Assembly: GCA_016748015.1 (NCBI GenBank)
Contig: JAAOMT010000328.1
Coordinates: 512,955-576,954, forward strand
DNA length: 64,000 nt
Direction: 5' to 3'
DNA from: Geosiphon pyriformis uo1
Taxonomy: Eukaryota > Fungi > Glomeromycota
Notes under the pieces: generated by a model
Database searches by the model: none
Told to the model about the DNA's origin: nothing
Seen by the model: the letters and a program-made list of their open reading frames with translations, nothing else
Program-made: the position numbers and the translations under genes
Part shown: piece by piece, positions 51,250 through 64,000 of the stretch
How positions within the stretch are numbered: position 1 is the first letter of the stretch
Layout: each line of letters opens with the position of its first letter

Positions 51250-53885
51250 ATTATTATTTAAAAAACTGATAATTAAAATAACTAATAAACTAATAGACTT
51301 AATAATAAATTTTATTAAAGCAACCAAGCATAAAATTTAAGATTCTAATGAGTTTAACCTAGACTTAATGGCAGAATTAGAAGCAAAAACAGCAAAAAAA
51401 ACAGCAAAAAAAAAAATTAAAGAGACAAAAACCATAGTATAAGATTTGTTATTAATAACAAATAATGCAAAAGACCAAAAATCAACAACAAACTTAAGAA
51501 ATAACTTGAAAAAAAGAGATAAAAATATTTTACAACCAGCAGACAAATAATTTAAACTCTAATATCTATAATAATAATAATAATAATATTCAAAAGTTTT
51601 TTACCAATATAATATTAGTACAAAGTACTAGTTTTTATTATAACAAGTTTTAACATCTTATAAAATTCAAAAATAATAACAATAAAGCATTAATAATAAT
51701 AAAAATTCAGAAAACAAAGAATAAAACAAGTATAGTTACCAACCTAAAAAATTATATTACTAATTTTAAAGGCAGTATAACTAAAAAAGATTGATCAATT
51801 TGGTCTTAAAAAAATTCTTTAAAGTAATAATCTTTTTTAATTAAGAAAAAAAAAATTTAAATACTGGTTTTTTTACTAGTACAAACCAATTATTAAGAGC
51901 AACAATAGCAAAAAAAAAGTCCTTAAAATTAACAATAATATATTATTACAAACCAACAAACTTTAATTTAATAAAAGTAATAACACTATTATCTATAAAA
52001 AAAAGTACAAAAAAGAAATAAGAAAAACAAATAGTAAAAATAAACCAATAAAAGAATAGTACTTAGCAAATAAGCATATTGTTAAAAAATTATGACATAT
52101 TGCTCAGCAATAAACACATTATTAGAAAATTATAGCATATTGTTCAAAAATATATAAAATCTTGTATAATAAAATTTATGTATATATAATAAGAGTATTA
52201 AAAGCAGAAAAAGTATTTATTCAGTTCAGAATTCAGAACAGTAATTAAAAATTAGTAATTATTTAATATTTTTCTCTTTAAAAAATAGAATCATACTAAT
52301 ATCAATAAAATTATCTATTATTATCTAATTCATGTTATCATTACTTAATTAAAAAAATATTAACCATTTTTATACTATAAACACTCTATGTTAATAGAAT
52401 TTAATATTTAACCACACTAAACCAATAGTTCTTAATTACAGCTATTGATAAAATACTAATTTTTTATTTTTTTATTTTATTTTTTATTATTTTTTTTTTG
52501 TTGTTTACTAATTGATTAAAAAAATTAAGCATTAAGTAATTAACATCAAGAATAGTTTGGTAAAAAACCCAAAAACAAGAGTAAAAAACTTAAGAATAGC
52601 TTACCAAAAGAACATAATTATTAAAATAAACTGGCTATTATGCTAAAAAAAAATTCATGAAAGAAACCATCAATTAAATCTCTGTTTATTATACAAAAAA
52701 CTTAACCAAAATCTTCAAAAACCACTATTATTAATAGCTATAGAGTATCAAGTTACAGATTTGTTATTTGTTTCAAAATTCCATATAATTATTTATAATA
52801 ACACCAAAAATACTAAGAGCATTTTTTATGTTATTAGAAAATATACTAAGAAAAATATTACAGAATACAAAAAAAGTAAAAAAAAAACTAGAAGCCACTA
52901 CAGAAAATTTTGCAATCTTAAATATGATCAAAAAAAAATTTACCAATAAAAACTTTAATAATAGCAATTAAAAAAGCTTTAAAAACAAAATTTATACAAA
53001 ATAACTTAACATTGTCTTTGAAAACTAACTTAAATCTAATAATGCCAAACAACAGATGAAACAAAAAATTAATTAAGAATAATTTAATTTTAAAAATAGC
53101 ACTAAGTACTAAAGTAAAGACTACTCATCTCAAAAATTTTTAATAACTGAAAATTGTTTTCTAAATATTACCAAAAACAACACCAGAAAACAAAAAAGCT
53201 GATATTGATTCAGTTTTTATTTAATCAGTCTAATTCTTAAAATTAAGTAATTTAATAAGTTGTTTTGTTTTTAAAACTGATAACAATCTGTTAGAAAACA
53301 TCATATTTAACAACACAACCAATAATTAATTTTGATTTATTATAAAAGATTACTATTATTATTATTGTCTACATTAAAAAAAAATTAGTTATTGTTAAAA
53401 AAATTTTATTCAAAATCTCATCTGAAATTACAAAAAATTTCAATGTAACAATAGCAAATACAAGTAATTGCTATTGTTTTTTAAACTTTTTGGTCTTTTT
53501 GGTTATTTGTAAAATAGTAGTAATAATAATATTAATAGTAATAACAAAGAAGACCAGTTTGTTAATTAATTTGTTATTAAATACTTTTGGATTTTTAGAA
53601 AAAGTAAAAACAATATTAAGATTAATCTAAATATGTTTCTTAGAAAAAACTTTGATTAAAAAAAAATTATTAGCCAAAAAAAAAAATGTTTTAAAAGTTA
53701 TTAAAAATACTTTTTCACTATTAATATTTAAAAAAAATATTGCCAAATATTTTGCTTAGCTATTTTAATAATAATAAAACTTTTTTTTGTTGAAACTTTA
53801 TTAATTACTATAAAAAAGGCAATTTTTGAAACTTTTTTATTTTTTGCTCTGGTTGTAGTCATAAAATAAAAAAGAAAAAAAGTTT
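51250..53885 (-). mobile_element. Heavily mutated LINE L4 remnant (5' end and ORF1), interrupted by a solo LTR
   Basis: ORF start MTTTRAKNKKVSK at ~53862; ORF1-like C-terminal SAIKSRLNSLES; 5' terminus resembles L1-L3. Confidence 0.6.
51987..52800 (+). mobile_element. Degenerate solo LTR of the A/B family with 4-bp TSD ACAC
   Basis: Colinear with 11604-12352; termini decayed to TATTAT...ATAATA; ACAC at 51983-51986 and 52801-52804. Confidence 0.8.
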
Positions 53886-54479
53886 TTATATATAATTAAT
53901 AACTTTAAAATATGTTATTAAATTAAATTATTTAATATAATATTATTTTATTAAATATTTAATTTGAATTATTTGAATATAATATTTAACTATTTAACTA
54001 TTGTTTAAAATTATAATAATAATATATAAATAAAAACCATTTTTTTTAATTATTTTATGTTATTATTAATAGTTTTTTAGATTATATTATTTTTAATTAA
54101 ATTATTTAATGTTTTTTTTTTACTTTTTTAATTGTTTTTTTAATATAATTATTTAGTTGGTTTATTGTTTTTTAATATAAAATTGATTTAATTTTTTTAA
54201 ATATTTAAATATTTTAATATTTGATTTTTTTATTATTAATTATTTTTATATTTAATTTATTTATTTATTATTATTATTAATTTATGAACATAGTTTAATT
54301 ATTATCTAATATAATACAACTATTTAAAATTTTAAATTAAATGTAATTTATGTACTTATTATATATAATTAATTACTTAATTAATTAAAACAATACTATA
54401 AAACTATATTAACAAATATATCAATAATTATACTAAAAAAACATATGTTTTTTAATTATTTTTAACAAATATATAATAT

Positions 54480-57349
54480 TATTACAGTTGAAACTCATAA
54501 TTTTTATTAATTATTATATGTATTACCTACTAATATTATATAATTAGCCATCCTATTTTTAGATAGTAATTATTAACTTAATCAATGATCTAACTATTGA
54601 TCTAATTATTAATTTGATTATTGACCACTTTTAATAGCTATATAAGTGATGAGTCTTTTAGTTATAGAAAATATCAATGTAACAAATAATCAAAAATAAA
54701 TAAGATAATAATTATTATATTAATTTTTCTTATATTACTTATTTTTTTTTTCATATTTTTAAGTATTTGAACATTTTAAGATAAAAAATTACTTGTTGGC
54801 ATTTATCAATCTTTTTTCTGACTCATATAATTGTAATATTTAAAGATTATTAAATAAAATATAACTAAAGAGTATATTTAATACTTAATATTAAATTCTA
54901 AAAACACTAACATAAAACATAAAATTATACTAATATGTTATTATTTGTTGACAATATGAACTATTTCTCTACTTTTAGATTCTTCAGTTATTTTTTGAAA
55001 AGAATAACAATTAAGATATTTTATAAGATTAATCTTGCACATTGAATCTATACTTATTTAATTTGCTCTTTAAAGTTGAATTTTTTTTGATTAATTTTAT
55101 TATTCTACAATTATGTTTTTCCTTGCTATCTGTTAACTTGTTATTTTAATTTGTAACATAAAAGTAGTGTTTTCTGTGAGGTTGTCAAAATTCACTTATT
55201 TTTTTATTGTATAGATAATTATTTATACTTGCCATAACAATCAGAAAAACACTTTGCAGCACATAATAGAAATAATCTAAATTTTATTATACTCAATCCT
55301 CTGCTTTTTTGCTTGATCTGCTTCTCTCTTAAAGAACAATTCAGTAGATAATTCCAAAACTTTTGAAACTGGTTCCTAAATAAACATTTAGCTAAAATCT
55401 ATACAGTCTATACAACCTACTTTTTTGATCAAGCCTACTTTAAAAAAACTTTTAAAAAAACAACAACAGTATTAATTAGCTTTTATACTCAACAATTTTT
55501 GAATAACAGCCATTTAATTTCGAATATCTAAACCATTAAATTCACATCTGGTTTACTGCTCATTAACTAGCTAAAAATTTATTTAAAACAAAAGAAAAAA
55601 GCTATTAAACTGCTTTTGTTTTTGATCTTTTTTCAAGTAAATCAAACTATTTTACTTAAACAGCTACCCCTAAACCAATATTTGTTAACTTTATACAAAT
55701 AAACATTTTGGCTGCTTTTCAAAATATACAAACTGCTTTAAGATGAAAAAACAACACTCCATTATCATTATTCAGAGACAATATACAAGATCTAATTGAA
55801 TGGTTAGATAACTTTGAAAGAGCTGTTATAGCCAACCAATATAATACTAATTTCAAATTCCAAATTATTGATAAATATTTTTAAGACTCTTTTGCCACCT
55901 GGTTTTCACAAAAAACCAATGTCAATGCCCAGGAAAAAATTATTAGATAGATATTAGCAAATGTTGAAAAAAACAATACTTTTTTTACTATCTGGTTTAA
56001 AAACAAATTCAGAATCCAATCTTAATATTTAAATAATGTATAGAATTAGAAAAAAGAATCCAAAATCCTGGTGAAGTTGTAATTGAATATATTAAAACAA
56101 TCAGAAAACTTATTAAATAAGTAGATTTTAAAAAAAACTAGACAGAAAAGCAAAAAATTTATTCTTTTACAAAAAGATTGAAAACTGATCTTTTATATGC
56201 TCTTTGGTCTCTTTTGGCTTTAAAAAATAATTTCATTATAAATATAATTATTGAACTTGCCTAGAAAATTGAAAATAACCAAAAAATGTATTTAAGATTT
56301 ACACTTACAGTTTTTGCTTTTATTATGGCTTCTGCTCTTTAAATAGCTGCTACTTTTTTTGCTGTCTATATTCCAGATTTCAATGAACAATTAATAGATA
56401 AGCTTACAGCCAATTTTGCTCACCTATTAAAGCTTTTAGCCCAAGCAGTTAGAAAGAATCAACAATTTCAAAAACCTAGATTTGAATTTTATTTTAATCA
56501 GCCTTAACAGCCTTCTTATTAAAGACAAAAAAATTGTGGCCTATCTGCATACAATTGCTGTAGATTAACTAGACAATTTTTTAGAGATTGCAACAATTCT
56601 CCATTGCTTTCTCCAATTCCTAGAAACAATAATACTCAGAACAACAGACTTAACAATAATAATACTCTTAATTAAAGACCTAATTATGTTAACATCAATT
56701 TCTTTGAAAAGAATTCTTTGGTTGAAGCTACTGTTTATTAGCCTTTAAACTAATAAATATATCTTTAAAGAGTAAGAGTACAAGCCAACCAGAAAAAAAC
56801 TTCTTTTACATTTTTAACCTAATTAATAATGACTATAATATGAACAAACTAGCAATCAACTCCTCTGATTTAACAAGAAAAAAAAAGAAAGCCAAGATTA
56901 ATTTCGCTCTAGATTTTAATAAAGCTTTCACATCAACTGTTAATAACAATAAACCACCAAAAGCTAAAGTTTTAAAAAATTCTTTAAAGTTAGAATCTTT
57001 AAAAATAGTACAAAAATCTGGTCACTATTCTATTGTTAAAAATCTTATAAAAACTTCAATACATATAACCTTTGACCAATTAATGACCCCTTTACAGTTC
57101 AGAAAAAATCTTTGCAAATTCTTAATTCCAAAGAAAAAGATACCAAAAACCAATAAGCACTTTTACTAAGCTAAACTTGTTGACAATAGCAATATTACTT
57201 CTTTAATTTACAAGACCCAAGTAACTGGTTATTTTATTGACTTGATCCTAGACAGTAAATTATCTGTAAACATTATTGTCAAACATATTTTGGAAGCCAT
57301 TAGTAGAAAAATTAATAAACCCTTAATTAGACCAATGACTAATATGCAT
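54480..57349 (+). mobile_element. Gypsy family C copy C': LTR 54480-55158, PBS 55165-55182, gag, and protease N-terminus interrupted by copy D
   Basis: Inverted homolog of ~13880-16768; YNCCRLTRQFFRDC knuckle remnant; LILDSKLSVNII. Confidence 0.85.
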
Positions 57350-57725
57350 TGTTACAGATGATTATTTGGGGTCTCAAATCAAATAACAAATTCATAACTT
57401 GGTGCTCAATAATTAATCTCATTGATAATATCTGAAGGTTTTAGTATCTAAAGGCTTTGATTAAGTCTTTTGTATAATGAACAGAGATTTATTTATTGTT
57501 ATATTTATAGCTTTTCAAAACCACAATTCTATCAAATTTCTTTCTCAGCATAATGGCTGGTAATTCTCCTGATAAGCTATCCTTAATCAAGTGTTCTACC
57601 CTTATTCCTAGGTTTTTTACCAGTCACTTATATTCTGATGTTAGTACCTTTACATGTTAATTCTTTTAATTAAGTTAGTAAAAATAAACAAAGATAAAAA
57701 ATAAAATCGAGAAAAATAAGAAAAG

Positions 57726-57783
<58 letters not shown>

Positions 57784-58251
57784 AGCCAAGGCAATAACTG
57801 TTAGTATCTTGTTAATAGCCGTAATCAAGAGTTATTGTTTCAGTATGGTTAAGTATTAGTTACTATCAACATGGAATGTTGATAGTGAAAGTGTGAATTG
57901 AGAGAACAAATAATTATTTATTGATATTTGTGAATTAGAAAGTTGCATAGATAAAATCTAAACTGCAAAGTCTGTCTTTTTTATTTTTAACATTATTGCT
58001 ATATATACATAATTGAGATTTTTCAATTCCTTGATTTTTTACACCAGGAATCCTAGAATTCTTGAAATCCTGCAATTTTTTTAAGAGGAATCCTGAAATT
58101 CTGGAATCTTGCAATTCCTTGTACAAGAATCTTAAAATTCCTGAAATTTTGTAATTCTTTTGAAAAGAATCTTAAAATTCTATATTTATTATGACTACTT
58201 TTAATTGGCTAATTTATATGCTAATATACTTTTTATATTCTACAAGTAACA
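57350..58251 (-). repeat. 3' LTR of copy D (902 bp) with a 56-nt A run and a distinct ~40-bp U3 tandem repeat (58015-58180)
   Basis: R/U5 similar to A and B; adjacent PPT AAAAAGAGGAAATAA. Confidence 0.9.
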
Positions 58252-58269
58252 TTATTTCCTCTTTTTAAT

Positions 58270-58948
58270 ATTAAGCTCTATTAAAATCTCCTAATTCTAA
58301 TTCTTTGTCTTTGAGTATTTTTTAAACTTCTTTTTCGAGAATTATTTGTATTATCTTGTTCTATAATTCTTCAAATTAGACATTGGTTATTTTTCTTATT
58401 TGGTTAATGGTAATGGAGTTTATTGCTGGATTGAGTAAGATTTCTGGTTGGTCTTGAAATCTGACTTGTAATCAATAGATAACTTATGCTTGTGTGGTTA
58501 TATTGTTCTTTCTCACAAATTGTTCAAGTTGTTATAATATTTCTATGTTGAATAACCACTTTGTCTTATTCATATATAAATTCTGAATATTCAAATATTG
58601 TTCCAAGTGAAAATAACAAAAGTTTCTTGGAAATTGTTGTGTCTACCAATTCCATGTTTTTATTATCAACTTTTGATATTGGGTAACTTTTGGTTGTGTT
58701 TTTATTGCCAATTTTACCTTTGTAATTATTTTGTCAATAGTATTTTCTGTTTTTCTCCATACTTTATCTTGTGATCTCTTTCTGGTGTTTTTGTATCTGA
58801 TGGTTTGTTGATTAATTGTAATTTCCATTTTTTGTTGTTGGATCAGTTGAAAAAATTGTTGTGCTAGTGAATAGATGTCATTAGTAATTTCTATTTTTCT
58901 GATATTTTCTGTCATGTTTACTATGTCTTTATATATTTCTTTGGTCAA
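58270..58948 (-). pseudogene. Unknown 3' coding region of copy D
   Basis: DIYSLAQQFFQLIQQ...ITINQQTIRYKNT...ILEKEV...DFNRA; homologous to 10933-11590. Confidence 0.7.
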
Positions 58949-61900
58949 TCAATTTAATGTGTTTGTGTCAATAATAATGATTGGTTCTAGATCTTATGGA
59001 ATCTTATTTGGTTGGACTAGTATTCTCTGTACTTTTAATTGTAGAATATTACTGGTAAATAATAATACTATATGGTGATATGGTTTCAGTTGATTACTAT
59101 GTGCTGTTTTGGCTAAGATTTTATTGTCCCATCTTAATTTATAAGTTCTATTTCCAAGAATTTTTTCTATGTAAAATGGTCTATTCTATTTGGAGTCAAA
59201 TTTTCCACTCTATTGTTTTTCTGCTTTAGTATAATGTAAAAGTATTTTGTTTCTAATCCTAAATTTAACTGGTTTGTCTGGTAATTGGTTATTATGTTTT
59301 TTTTTTTGTTTTTTTTGTAACTTTTGAATATTATCAGCTGCTCTTTACCATTTGTTTTCTAGTGTTTCTATTAAGTTATATGTTCTTCTCAATAATGTTT
59401 TTTGGAAATTGTTTTCTGTTATTGGTTCATTTAAATATGTACTAACTTCTATTCTATTGGTAATATTGCTGTTCTACTATATACTAATTTAAATGGTGTT
59501 GCTTGTGTGGTGTTTTGCTTCATTGTTCAATAAGCAAATAATATTGATGGTATGAACAAATCCCATTTGTTCTGGTTTTTCTAGCTGACTTTGGCAATTG
59601 CTTTACACAATATTCTGTTAAACCTTTTGACTAACCTATTTGTTTGCAGATGATATAATGATAATAATAGTCTTTTGATTCCAAATTTTTGACTTAATTC
59701 TGCTAGTGTTCTGTTTACAAAGTAAGTTTCTTAATCTAATAATAGTTCCTTTAGACATCTATGTTAACAAATTAGATCTTGATGAACAAATTTGCCAATG
59801 GATTTTGCATCTGCTCTTTGAATGACTTTTGCTTCTGACCATTTAGTAAGATAATTCATGATTACTACAATATATCTGTTTCTTTTGCTGGTTATTGTTA
59901 ATGGTCCAACTAAGTCAATCCTAATCTGATCGAATAGTTGTCTTACTTTGATTGGTCTCAATGGTTTGCTGGATTTGGTTCCTTTTCTTCTTTGACAAGC
60001 ATTACAATTTTAAACATATTGGATGATGTTTGAATACATTAATGGCCAATAGTATCTCTTTCTGGTTTTTTTTATGATTGCTTTTTTATAAAAATGTTTT
60101 GTTATTAGATCTAAGTGTATGTTGAATAATATTGTCTTTTTTTCTGGCTCTGTAATTACTCTGGTTGGTTGATTTGAATTTCTTTTGTTCTTTTAGTAAA
60201 GTATATTTTGATGGTTGATAAAATATTTTGATTGTTGTTTTATGTTGTTTTGTTCTTTTTGAGATAATTTCTCCTTAAACTGTTAAGTATTTATATAATA
60301 CTGGAGTTGTTAATATTTTTGTGTGTTCATCCTTTGTTATATTTTTGTTTTCAACTGTTTAGATTTTGTTCTATTTTTTTGGTTTGAAATGTTCAGATTT
60401 GTTTCATTTGCAACAAACTATTGGCATTTCCATTTTTTTTTCTTTTTTATAGTGTACTGTAAAAATATATGATGAAAGTTCTATTTTCTATCTTATATGT
60501 CAATTGTCTCCAAATTTTTGTTTCTGAATTAAAGTCAATCCTTTATAATCAGTATGCACTTTAAATTTCTGGTTTAAGTATTCTTTCCATTTTATAACAG
60601 CCTAATAAATTGCTAAGTGTTCTAATCCTAATGTTCTATAGTTTTTTTTGGTTGACATTAAGCTTTAGCTGGTATATGCTACTGGATGTTCTTTTTTATC
60701 TGGTCTTTTTTGTGATAGTATGGCTTCTAATGTTTGATCTGATGCATCAGTGGTAATAATGAATGGTTTGCTATGATCTGGATAGATCAATACTGGAGCT
60801 TGAATGAGTTTTTTTCTTAATGTGTTAAAAGCTTCTTGTTGTGTTTTCATCCATTCATATTTAACATTCTTGGTTTGTTAATGATACAATAGTTGAACAG
60901 TTTGGAAAAGTTCTTGATAAAGTGATGATAGTACTTTGTAAACCCTAAAAATACTCTTAGCTTGGTCAGATTGGTAAGTATTGAAAAAGACTTTACTACT
61001 TCAATTTTATTTGGATCTGTTTTAATGTTCTTCTTGTTTATAACATGTCCCAAAAACTTGAGTTTTGTTTTGTCAAAGAAACACTTGGTTGCATTTAGTT
61101 TTAATCCTGTTCTTTTCAGTCTTTCAAATACTTGCTAGAGATAATAAAGATGATTATCAAATGTTTTTGAGAACACATTGGTGTTATTCAAATACACAAC
61201 TACTAATTTTTATAGCAGTCTAGTGTAGACAATTTCTATTAGCTGTTGGAATGTGGCTGGTGCATTGGTTAAGCCAAATGGCATTACTTTAAATTCAAAA
61301 TTCTCTTCTCTTATGGTGAACATTGTCTTTTCCTTATCTTCTGGATTCATAGCTATTTGCTAATAACTGCTATCTAAATCTAATATTAAGAACCATTTCT
61401 TTTCTTTCAAAGTGTCAAATAATTTCTGAATCTATGAAGTTGGATAACTGTCTTCATGAGTTATATTATTGAGTTTTTGTAATCTATACAAAAGTGGATT
61501 TTCCCATTTTTCTTATGAACTAGTACTATTGGTGACAACCATAAACTTATTGATGACTGAATTAACCTATTGTCTAACATCTGATTAATTTCTTGATAAA
61601 TGATTTCATGACTGGTTGGTAGTACTTGGTATGCTCTTTGTTTAATTGGCATTGCATCTCCAATTTTAATCTAGTGCTGAATTATGTCAGTTTTGCCAAA
61701 TTCATTTTCACTTGCAAAGATGTCAGTGAAGTTGTTAAGTAACATTTTGAGTTGCATATGTTGAAGTGAATCTAAGTTTTCCATGTTTATTTGTTTCAAT
61801 TGTTTTGGTTGGAGCAAATAACATTTGTTCTGTCCATAAATAGTTTGTAATATTATGTTGACATATCTACACAGTTGTGGAAAGTCTGGAATGAGGTTTG

Positions 61901-63183
61901 GTAGTTGGTTTTTGATTTCAGTAGTTAAATATTCAATGGTAGTTCCTTTTGGTATCTTAATGATATCTTCTGTGTTGTTGTATATAGAAATTTTTATGTA
62001 ACTATGGTTCTTGGCTGGTATATGTAGATTAACTAATCCAATCTTTTTTGATTTACAAAGTGTTGCTTCTGCTTCAAAAATCTGAACCTAATCTTTTACT
62101 TTTCTTTCTATGGCTAATATGTACTGGTTATATGATAGAATAGAAATTGATTAATGGGTGGAGATAATTTCTCCCTTGTCAATAACTTCTTTTTTTGTCA
62201 TATTAATTAGTATATCTACTTTTTTTGTTGATCTAAATCTATTAATTTTTTTAGCTGTAACCCTTAATTCTTCCTTGTTTCCCACTAATACTAACTGAGC
62301 TATTTTAACCAGAGGCAGGAATATTGCCTGTGCTATTTTTTTGTTTGGCTCTATGATATAGGTCTTTTCTGAGTCATATTTTAGTATTGTAATAATATTT
62401 CTTATGTATTCTGTATCAATTATTTCTTCTTTAATGTTAATTCCCTTTTTTGTTAAACTACTTCTGGATGCTAACTGAACCATTGTTGTTGCTGGAATTT
62501 CTAATGCTACTTTCAGATTAATGCATGTGCACAAATGTGGTTTTAATTTAATAATATTTTTCTTTGGATATCTTAGATCAAATCTGGCATCAGTATTATG
62601 CACACATTCTGGCATTATATTTTTATTATTATTACTAAACCATTTCAATTCCTGCTCCTTAGTGAGATTAAGAAGCACAATATATTGTTTAGAGTTTGAA
62701 TCAGAGTTTGAATTATTGTTGTTGTAATTGTCATTTTGAATAAAGCTAGAATTGTTGCTTTCATTGTTGTTGTTGTTAGCATTTGAATTGGAATTAAAAT
62801 TTGATTCTGATTCTGATGCACAGTTGCTGATTGGTTCTTCCTCTTTGGAGATTATGTAAATTATACATAGTAGTGGATTGTAAATAAGGTTATACTTATT
62901 ACAATATTCAAAATCACATGGAATCAAACAGTAGTTACATAGTCATGTGTTTATTTCTTCCAAATGTTGCTTTTGTTTTTCTTGAGTGAGTGCCAAATTC
63001 TGATAATATTCATAGAATTCTTCTAAACCAGCTTTAATGTTGAGAAAAGCATTTGGGTTGAAAATAAGAAAAGTTTCAACTGGTTCTGATGGGTTATTTT
63101 TAATCTCCAATATTTTGCTAGGCAAAGCATTTTTGACTTTGGCACTTGTTATTCTTCAGATCTTGTTTTTGTTATATGGGTAG

Positions 63184-64000
63184 TGTTGCTGGAGGTGTTT
63201 GGTCTCTTTTCTTAAATATTGGTAATGTTGATTTGCTGTGAATTCACGTTTCCAGAAAGTAGTTGGACCTCCAATAACTGAATTTATCTTCAAATTATCT
63301 CCTATAATTTGAACTGCTGGACTTATGAGTAGAATAGCCAATTCTGTGCCAGTTACTTTGTATAGTTATGTTGTAGTAAATGTCAACTCTTTTCCAAAAA
63401 TTGTTTGTCTGGAAGCTTACTAAAATGTGTAGTTACTTTGCTGTGAAAGTCAATTCTTCTACAGGAATCTCATCTGTAGGCTACCCTAATAATTGTAAGA
63501 AGAAAATAAAAGAAAAATAAAAAAAATGTAAAAGAAATAGAATTTTGTCAAGGGAAACGTTTTCTATTCAGGCCTGAAGTCACTAACAGTTTACCAAAAT
63601 TGGTAACTAATCAATTTCAAAACGTTAATTAGGTTTTGGGGATTTTTCCAAGTGCAATAATTAAAGAATTTGGTTTTTCGAATTATTTGATATTTATTTC
63701 TTTTTGTGTGTGTAGAAATGGTTCTAAGTGATAAATCTAAAATAAGATATATTTTCTTGAAGAGAAAAGCCCTTCTTTTATACAACTTGTTGTAGTACTA
63801 GTCTATGAACTTGCACTTTTTCTCTTTGCTCAAATTTTGGCAAACTAAGGATACATTTTGATGGACTACAAGTTATTTTGCTAAACTATTGATTAATTTG
63901 GGTGAACTATTCATAATTTCGGCAAATTTCTATAAATTTCGGCAAATTTCATATAAATTTCGGTGAATTTCTGTAAATTTCGGCGAACTTTTGAATGTTA
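63184..64000 (-). mobile_element. Family E LTR inserted into copy D pol; continues beyond the window's right edge
   Basis: Colinear with 28886-29670; starts TGTTGCTGGAGG; ~20-bp repeats at 63825-63995. Confidence 0.88.

Larger units (their letters stand above)
57350..63183 (-). mobile_element. Ty3/Gypsy copy D: dUTPase ~62225-62615, RT, RNase H, integrase, 3' extra region, PPT, 3' LTR 57350-58251; interrupted upstream by element E
   Basis: Colinear with copy B; DARFDLRY, ASRSSL, KIAQAIF; YLNN; TDASDQ; IDLVGPL; LTR ends TGTTAC/GTAACA. Confidence 0.93.

Noticed and set aside
57726-57781. 56-nt poly-A as a retrocopy or LINE tail
   Set aside because: It corresponds to the A/T tract found at the same place in the other LTR copies; slippage or homopolymer error is more likely.
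412-63785. Many short antisense or alternate-frame ORFs in the ORF track
   Set aside because: They are shadows of TE or mei2 coding regions, or low-complexity AT-rich frames, with no independent support.

Overview
AT-rich eukaryotic window, most likely fungal. Intron style and TE families resemble Glomeromycota such as Geosiphon; this is an inference, not a database match. Most of it is decayed, nested retroelements. (i) Three partial copies of a Ty3/Gypsy family (A 1-5451 -, B 5452-12352 +, D 57350-63183 -) with an unusual composite layout: gag apparently starting inside the LTR, protease, Cys-rich domain, complete dUTPase, RT, RNase H, integrase and an extra ~220-aa 3' region. (ii) Two copies of a second Gypsy family (C, C'). 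(iii) A third LTR family (E) and solo LTRs with 4-bp TSDs. (iv) Three full-length RNase H-containing LINEs plus a fourth ORF1 remnant, all on the minus strand. (v) Extremely AT-rich blocks, two of which still read as C>T/G>A hypermutated Gypsy fossils. The only intact host gene is an 11-exon, ~814-aa mei2-like triple-RRM gene (44867-48136 -) in a CpG-retaining island; its model requires a GC-AG intron and predicts a 9-nt microexon. No rRNA, tRNA or CRISPR features were seen.
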